A program made the position numbers and the translations under genes. Below are positions 58,184 through 64,000 of a stretch of 64,000 nt of DNA, one piece after another. This stretch comes from Thermoplasmata archaeon (GTDB taxonomy: Archaea > Thermoplasmatota > Thermoplasmata > Lutacidiplasmatales > UBA184): NCBI GenBank assembly GCA_035623855.1, contig DASPSQ010000009.1, forward strand, positions 26,413 to 90,412, written 5' to 3'. The notes beneath the pieces are model-generated. The model was not told where the DNA came from and made no database searches. It saw nothing but the letters and a program-made list of their open reading frames with translations. Every line of letters begins with the position of its first letter. Positions within the stretch are counted from its first letter, which is position 1.

Positions 58184-58372
58184 GCCTCTCCCCTCCTGCC
58201 TCCCCAGTCAGGAGACGGCGGTCGACGGAGTCAAGCCTGTCGATGGAGTCTGGAGGGAAACGTGAATCCCGGATGGCTCGGTGCTCGTTTCGTCACGACA
58301 AGTGTTGAAACCGGCATTCTGCAGGCCAACGGCCGGTGCGGGCGAGGGGTATGGTGGGAGGGTCGGGCTCGC

Positions 58373-58858
58373 CTACTCGGAAAGCGATCGGTCCGTCTCG
58401 GCTAGGCGGCGGGCCATCTCGGCGAGCATGCCCCGCAACATGCGGGGCTGATTCATCGCGAACCCCCAGAACTCCCACTTCGTCAGTACGAGGCAACGGG
58501 TTGGCTGGAGGGCGACGACATCCGCGGATCGGGGTTGATCGTCAAAAAGGGCCATCTCGCCAAAAAACTCTCCGGGGCCGAGAGTCGCGAGCCGTCGGCC
58601 CTTGCGCCGTACCTCTACCTGTCCCTCCAGGAGCAGGTAGAAGCCAAGCCCCTTCTCCCCCTGCTTCACCACGGTCTCTCCTTCGGTGAAACCACGGCCC
58701 TGAGAGTCCCGCGTCAGATGCCGAAGCTGGCGATCGTTCAGTCCGGAAAAGATCGGAACGCCTTGTAACATCCGAAGGGTGCTCGCATCGACCTTCGTCT
58801 CAAACGTCGACACGAAGGGCGCAAACGGCTTCCGGGATATAGAGCTGAGCTCGTCCAA
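58373..58858 (-). CDS. Stand-alone cyclic nucleotide-binding domain protein
   Basis: VPIFSGL, VKQGEKG..FYLLLEGQVEV, GEFFGEMAL...PRSADV (phosphate-binding cassette); no HTH. Confidence 0.88.
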   Translation of the reverse strand: MDELSSISRKPFAPFVSTFETKVDASTLRMLQGVPIFSGLNDRQLRHLTRDSQGRGFTEGETVVKQGEKGLGFYLLLEGQVEVRRKGRRLATLGPGEFFGEMALFDDQPRSADVVALQPTRCLVLTKWEFWGFAMNQPRMLRGMLAEMARRLAETDRSLSE

Positions 58859-58969
58859 GGTCGAATGCTCGGCCCTCTCAAAGTACGGCGGACCTGCCGA
58901 TTCCCCTCCGTTCCACCGGCCCGTCTGGGCGACGAGAGATAAAAACCGCCTCTGGATCTATGAGGTCCG

Positions 58970-59506
58970 TTGCCGCACCGTACCCTCCGCGGAGAGCGCG
59001 TGGAGCTCCGACCGCTCCGCCACTCGGATGGCGCTGCCCTCGACGCGATTTTTCGGGACTCACAGGTCAAGCGCATGCTCCCGCCCCGAGTTCGGCGGGA
59101 GACCGGAGTCCAGTTCACCGCTCGGGTCCTGGGGGAGAATCGTCGAAGGGATGGCTACGCGTTCGCGGTTCGCTGGCTCGGGACGCCCGAGGCCATCGGA
59201 CTGATTCGTCTGCGAAACTGGTCCCACGAGGAACGATCGGCCGAGGTCGGTTACTGGATCCGACGCAGGGACTGGGGCCGGGGAGCGGGAAGCGAGGCAC
59301 TCCATCTCGTGTGTCGGTTCGGGTTCCGGTCGATGCGATTGCATCGCATCGTTGCGAACGTGGTCGCCGGGAACACCCGCTCGATCCGAACGCTCGAAGG
59401 CGCCGGGTTCCGCCAGGAGGGGAAGCGCCGGCTCTCCGCGCGAGTCTCGCGCGGATGGGCGGACGAACTCGAGTTCGGTCTCCTTCGAGCGGATTGGACA
59501 GGGTAG
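58970..59506 (+). CDS. RimJ/RimL-type GNAT acetyltransferase
   Basis: AEVGYWI..DWGRGAGSEAL, LHRIVANV..GNTRS..LEGAGFRQEG. Confidence 0.85.
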   Translation: MPHRTLRGERVELRPLRHSDGAALDAIFRDSQVKRMLPPRVRRETGVQFTARVLGENRRRDGYAFAVRWLGTPEAIGLIRLRNWSHEERSAEVGYWIRRRDWGRGAGSEALHLVCRFGFRSMRLHRIVANVVAGNTRSIRTLEGAGFRQEGKRRLSARVSRGWADELEFGLLRADWTG

Positions 59507-59571
59507 ACCGTTCCCGGCGGGTTCACGACCCCGGCCTCAGGTCGGTCCCACGTGCCGAGAGTCCGACCCTT

Positions 59572-61650
59572 TCAGCCCGGGCTGCCGATCGAGATCCAGC
59601 GTAGGGAGTACGAATTCAGAACGACGATGGTCGAGGAGAGTGCCATCGCGAGCGCGCCGGTATACGGAAGGACTTGGAAGACTCTCAGTCCCAGGAACGG
59701 AACCAGTGCCCCCATCGCGATCGGCAGAAGGACCGCATTGTATCCGGTTGCCCAGAGGAGATTTCCGCGGATCTTTCGCACGGTCCGACGACCGATGCGC
59801 AGGGCAAGGGCAACCCCCCGAAAATCCGTGCGTACCAGAATGACCCCACCGGCTTCCCGGGCGACATCGGTGCCCGCGCCGATCGCGATCCCCAGATCGG
59901 CCTGCAGGAGCGCCGGCGCGTCGTTGATTCCGTCTCCGACGTAGGCCACCAACCTGCCCTGAGACTGCAGTCGCTGGATCCAGTGCAGCTTGTCTTCGGG
60001 GGACATCCGAGCATGCACCTCGGAAATCCCCGCGCGTTCGGCGACAGCGTGCGCGGCCTGCTCGTGATCCCCCGTGAGCATCGCCACCCCGATCCCATCG
60101 GTCCTCAGGGCATGGATGGCCTCGGGGACTCCCGGAGCGAGCTCGTCCGAGAACCCGAGGATGGCGGCCGGTGCCGAGCCCCGGAGGACGAGCGACCAGG
60201 ACTTTCCCTCGCGCCCGAGCTCCGCAGCTCGACCCGCTAGGGGACCTAGATCGATCCCGGACATCTCGACCGCGGCCGCTCCCAGCACCGCGACGGTCTC
60301 GGTCCCGAGGCGAGCGGAAACTCCCCGGCCGGGGTCGGCGGTGATCTCGTCGACTCGAACGGGATTCGCTCCCCGTCTCTCTGCCGCCTCCACGACGGCG
60401 TTCGCGAGGGGATGTTCCGAGCCCTGCTCGATGCCGGCAGCGAGCGACAATGCGTCCATTTCCGAGAATCCCGCCACTGGAACGATGTCCGTCAGGACGG
60501 GGAATCCACGGGTCAGCGTGCCGGTCTTGTCGGTCAGGACGAGGTCGACTCGGCTTGCCTGTTCGATCGAGTCCCGCCCCCTGAAGAGGATTCCCTCCTC
60601 GGCCGCCCGACCCGTCCCGACGACGAGTGCCGCCGGGGTCGCAATCCCGAACGCGCACGGACAGGCGGTAATCACCACGGACACGACGATCAAGAGCACC
60701 CACGTCCAGCCGGCACCCCCCCAGAGGAACCACGCGGCTGCTGTCGCTAGGGCGAGTGCCAGGACCAAGGGAACGAAGACCGACGCGACGCGGTCGGCGA
60801 GTCGCTGGAGGGGCACGCGGCTCGTTTCGGCCTCGGTCACCAGCCGCCCGATCTCGGCGAGCCACGTATCCGAGCCGACCCGGGTCGCGACGACCGTCAA
60901 GAACCCCTCGCCGTTGACGGTCCCTGCGATCACGGAATTCCCGGCGTTCTTCGATACCGGTGCGGACTCTCCCGTGATCAGGGCCTCGTTCACGGTCGAC
61001 CGCCCATCGCGGACGATTCCGTCCGCAGGGAATCGAGCCCCAGGACGGACCTGGAGCAGGTCCCCCACTCGAACTTCGGCAGCGGGGATCTCCACCTCCC
61101 GGCCCTCCCGAATCGCTGTCGCGACCACGGGACCGAGCGCCGCGAGGGCCGCAACGACGCCTCGAGCCCCCTCCCGGACCCGGTGTTCGAGATAGTTTCC
61201 CGTGAGAATCAAGGTCACGATCAGCGACGAAGCGTCGAAGTAGTAGGTGGACGGGAGAACCCGGAGAACGAGAGCCGCTGAACTGTAGGCGAACGCGATG
61301 GACGTGCCGACTGCGATCAGGATATCCATGTTCCAGATCCGGGAACGGATGGCATCGTAGGTCCCCCGATAGAATTCGAGGCCCGGATAGAACTGGACCA
61401 CGCCCGCCAGAGCGAAAGCGACCCAGGGCCAGTCCGTGAAGTGGACTGCGTACGTAATCGCAGCCACCGCGATGGACAGGGGCCAACTGACGGCCAACCG
61501 GTGTCGGAGACGAGCGAGTTCGCGTACGGGCTCGCCAAACTGCTGGAGGCAGTGGGTGGAACAGAAGAAGTACGATCGGTTTTCCCGGACCAGGGTTAGC
61601 TCAGCAGTGCGCTCATCGACGTACATCCCACAGACCGGGTCGGTCGCCAT
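59572..61650 (-). CDS. copA: Cu(I)-translocating P1B-type ATPase with an N-terminal YHS/TRASH domain
   Basis: TDPVCGM...YFFCSTHC, TGES, CPC, DKTGT, SEHP, GDGINDAP, YN and MALSS. Confidence 0.9.
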   Translation of the reverse strand: MATDPVCGMYVDERTAELTLVRENRSYFFCSTHCLQQFGEPVRELARLRHRLAVSWPLSIAVAAITYAVHFTDWPWVAFALAGVVQFYPGLEFYRGTYDAIRSRIWNMDILIAVGTSIAFAYSSAALVLRVLPSTYYFDASSLIVTLILTGNYLEHRVREGARGVVAALAALGPVVATAIREGREVEIPAAEVRVGDLLQVRPGARFPADGIVRDGRSTVNEALITGESAPVSKNAGNSVIAGTVNGEGFLTVVATRVGSDTWLAEIGRLVTEAETSRVPLQRLADRVASVFVPLVLALALATAAAWFLWGGAGWTWVLLIVVSVVITACPCAFGIATPAALVVGTGRAAEEGILFRGRDSIEQASRVDLVLTDKTGTLTRGFPVLTDIVPVAGFSEMDALSLAAGIEQGSEHPLANAVVEAAERRGANPVRVDEITADPGRGVSARLGTETVAVLGAAAVEMSGIDLGPLAGRAAELGREGKSWSLVLRGSAPAAILGFSDELAPGVPEAIHALRTDGIGVAMLTGDHEQAAHAVAERAGISEVHARMSPEDKLHWIQRLQSQGRLVAYVGDGINDAPALLQADLGIAIGAGTDVAREAGGVILVRTDFRGVALALRIGRRTVRKIRGNLLWATGYNAVLLPIAMGALVPFLGLRVFQVLPYTGALAMALSSTIVVLNSYSLRWISIGSPG

Positions 61651-61676
61651 GCGTCAGTGCGGCCCGGCAGGTCGGA

Positions 61677-61820
61677 TTACTTCGACTTCCGCTGCGCCTC
61701 GTACTTCTTCTGACAGACCCCGGAGCAGAAGTAGACGATCCGTCCGTCGTACAGCCCCTTCGCCGGCGCCTGGTCCGTGTCGACGGTCATTCCACAAATC
61801 GGATCCGTTGCGTTGGACAT
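61677..61820 (-). CDS. YHS/TRASH-domain metallochaperone (47 aa), not in the ORF track
   Basis: MSNATDPICGMTVDTDQAPAKGLYDGRIVYFCSGVCQKKYEAQRKSK; SD AGGAGG upstream. Confidence 0.85.
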   Translation of the reverse strand: MSNATDPICGMTVDTDQAPAKGLYDGRIVYFCSGVCQKKYEAQRKSK

Positions 61821-61899
61821 CTAATGACCTCACCCTCCTGAGCGCATTACTTTATTTGAGCCCTCCGCTTTGCCCGGTGCGCAAGGGGGAGGCTGTGTA

Positions 61900-62529
61900 G
61901 TGGATCGGACGAATCCGGCCCGCCATCGTACGACTCCCGCCCCTCGCGTGAGCGGAGCGCTCGCCATCGATTTTGCGAACACGGTGGCGTGCGATGCATG
62001 CGGGGTGGGGGACGCGCTCTCTCGGTCCGAAGGGTTCGATCAGTGGCTCCGTGCGCATCCAGAGGTCCGGGTTCGTTCTCTCACGCTTGGCGAGCTCTCA
62101 CGTCTGAGAACGTTCCGGCGGGATCTCCGAGTCACCTTCCGCGCAGCCGCTCGTCGGACCCCTCCCCCCGCTCATGCACTCGGAGGGATGAATCGCGTGG
62201 CCCGCCGGTTCCGGGTGGAACGAGCCCTTCGCTGGCGCGACGGCGCCTGGGAGGTGGAGGAGCGGAGCTCGGAGTCCGATCCCGTGCTTCGGCTCGCCGG
62301 GAAATTGTGCGAATCGGCCTTCGCGGCGATCGTCGGGAGGGGCTCAGGCCGGCTGCGGGAGTGCCAAGGTCCACGGTGCGCCCATTTCATCTTGGCTCGT
62401 ACGCGGACCCAGCTCTGGTGTTCTCCTACGGGGTGCGGGAACCGCGCACGGGTCGCACGGCATTACTGGCGATCTCGACCTCGGTCCCGGCGAAGCGTTC
62501 GTGCGACTCGCGCGTCCGCGTCACGATGA
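61900..62529 (+). CDS. ABATE/CGNR zinc finger protein
   Basis: LAIDFANT, RLRECQGPRC..F, WCSPTGCGNRARVARH; start 61900 or 61948. Confidence 0.85.
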   Translation: MDRTNPARHRTTPAPRVSGALAIDFANTVACDACGVGDALSRSEGFDQWLRAHPEVRVRSLTLGELSRLRTFRRDLRVTFRAAARRTPPPAHALGGMNRVARRFRVERALRWRDGAWEVEERSSESDPVLRLAGKLCESAFAAIVGRGSGRLRECQGPRCAHFILARTRTQLWCSPTGCGNRARVARHYWRSRPRSRRSVRATRASASR

Positions 62530-62589
62530 CCGGAGGGCCCCGGACCGGAACGGAAAGTGACATGGGCGCCCCTCCGGTACGCCAGAGGA

Positions 62590-62874
62590 ATGAGCGCCGT
62601 CGTGCACTGGCACTGCGTCGCCGTGGGCCGCGTGCAGGGCGTGAACTACCGGGTCCGAGTGGCGGAGTCCGCTCGCCGCCACGGCGTTGTCGGCGCCGTG
62701 GAGAACCGCCCGGATGGATCGGTCTTCCTCGACGTCCAGGGCCCCGTGGACGTCCTCGAGGCGTTCCTCAAGGACGTTCGAGGTCCGCGCGGAATGAGCC
62801 ACGCCCACTCCGTAGAGCGCGTCGCGGAGGTTCCGGTCTCTCCCGATCTGTACGGGTTCGAGATCGTGCGATGA
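62590..62874 (+). CDS. acyP: Acylphosphatase
   Basis: GRVQGVNYR, VENRPDGSV, GP. Confidence 0.88.
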   Translation: MSAVVHWHCVAVGRVQGVNYRVRVAESARRHGVVGAVENRPDGSVFLDVQGPVDVLEAFLKDVRGPRGMSHAHSVERVAEVPVSPDLYGFEIVR

Positions 62875-62907
62875 CCCGATCCTCGGGGTGCCGAGCCCAG
62901 AAGGCCG

Positions 62908-63831
62908 TCAGCCCACGTACGTCAGCCACGCGTCGTACGCCGGTGAGCGCCCGTGGATCGCGTCTTCGTAGCGCCTCTGGAGCCGCCGGGTAATCGGGTA
63001 GTCCCCGTTTCCGATCGGTCGGCCGTCGACCTCCCGGATCGGGGTGACTCCTGCGGCCGTACCGGAGTAGAACAGCTCGTCCGCGGTGAACAGCTCCTCC
63101 CGGGTGAAGTCGGTGCGCTGGAAGGCGAGTCCTTCGTGGGCGAGGAACTTGATCACCGTGTCCCGGGTGATCCCCCGCAAAATCCCCGAGCTTGCCGGGG
63201 GTGTGCTCACGATCTCATTCTTCACACGGAAGACGTTCTCCCCCGGGCCCTCCGCGACCATTCCCGCCGAGTTCAGGAGAATCGCTTCATCGTAGCCGCC
63301 GACGACCGCCTCCATCTTCGCGAGCGCGGAGTTCGCGTAGTTCGCCGCGCATTTTGCCTGCGGCGGGAGCGAGCGAGAATCCATCCGGACCCAGCTAGAA
63401 ATCGTAGCCCGGACTCCCTTCTCCACGCCTTCGGCGCCCAAGTACGCTCCCCAGACCCACTCCCCAATAGCCACGCGGACCGGACATCGGGTGGGGTCGA
63501 GTCCCATCTCCCCGTATCCGGAGAATGCAATGGGCCGGATGTAGACCGTCGGCTCCCCGTTCGCCGCCACGAGATTGACGCACGCCTTTTCGAGATCGGC
63601 CTGGGAGTACGGAATCTTCATCCGATAGACCTTCGCGCTGTTCAGGAATCGGTCGAGGTGTTCCCGGAGGCGGAAAATAGCGGGTCCTCGTGGCGTGTCG
63701 TGCGAACGGATCCCCTCGAAAATCGCGTACCCGTAATGGAGGCCATGCGTCAGGACGTGAACGTTCGCATCCGCCCAATCGACCAGCTGTCCGTCAAGCC
63801 AGATCTTCTTCAGGGCGCGAATACCGACCAT
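62908..63831 (-). CDS. ilvE: Branched-chain amino acid aminotransferase
   Basis: HGLHYGYAIFEGIR, YIRP, AKCAANY, EGPGEN, LRGITR, GTAA. Confidence 0.92.
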   Translation of the reverse strand: MVGIRALKKIWLDGQLVDWADANVHVLTHGLHYGYAIFEGIRSHDTPRGPAIFRLREHLDRFLNSAKVYRMKIPYSQADLEKACVNLVAANGEPTVYIRPIAFSGYGEMGLDPTRCPVRVAIGEWVWGAYLGAEGVEKGVRATISSWVRMDSRSLPPQAKCAANYANSALAKMEAVVGGYDEAILLNSAGMVAEGPGENVFRVKNEIVSTPPASSGILRGITRDTVIKFLAHEGLAFQRTDFTREELFTADELFYSGTAAGVTPIREVDGRPIGNGDYPITRRLQRRYEDAIHGRSPAYDAWLTYVG

Positions 63832-63929
63832 GTCCAAACCATGCGACGTGGACGGATTTAGTGGGTGGTCAAGTGGGGATGACCCCTCCTTCATCAATCC
63901 CGGCCGACTCGTTCACTTTGGAGGAGCCG

Positions 63930-64000
63930 GTGATCGAGATTCGCTTCCACGGTCGAGGCGGGCAAGGAGCCGTCGTCGCATCCGAACTGCTCGCTCAAGC
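63930..64000 (+). CDS. 2-oxoacid:ferredoxin oxidoreductase gamma subunit (POR/VOR), 5' fragment
   Basis: GTG start after [30 protein letters not shown]. Confidence 0.85.

Overview
High-GC archaeal chromosome segment. Archaeal markers include Dph2, aNAC, a PAC2 chaperone, Nop5 and tRNAs lacking encoded CCA. Together with GyrB, GrpE and class II HMG-CoA reductase, these suggest Thermoplasmata (inference). Bases 1-32082 are mostly housekeeping: aminotransferases, thrC, purA, tRNA-Val(CAC), a UDP-sulfoquinovose synthase/glycosyltransferase cluster, and a PAC2-acetyltransferase-(CBS+HPF)-NAC-NUDIX-dph2 cluster, ending at tRNA-Thr(GGT). The most striking feature follows that tRNA. Eight same-orientation degenerate repeats (28-46 bp) lie at 33290, 33970, 35171, 36028, 38572, 39530, 41584 and 47528. 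Each is an inverted copy of the tRNA T-arm joined to a direct copy of the tRNA 3' end. They divide about 15.5 kb into small, unrelated gene cassettes, including a toxin-antitoxin pair, GNATs, a bacterial-type DPP IV and a Mg/Mn transport module. No integrase is visible in the window, so this looks like a tRNA-anchored, integron-like cassette array. Downstream are three class III nucleotide cyclase-TPR proteins (one with a STAND ATPase), a stand-alone cNMP-binding protein, a copper ATPase with a TRASH chaperone, ilvE and the start of a 2-oxoacid:ferredoxin oxidoreductase operon. All calls come from reading motifs by eye; no database searches were run. Several start codons were moved from the ORF track to more plausible positions.
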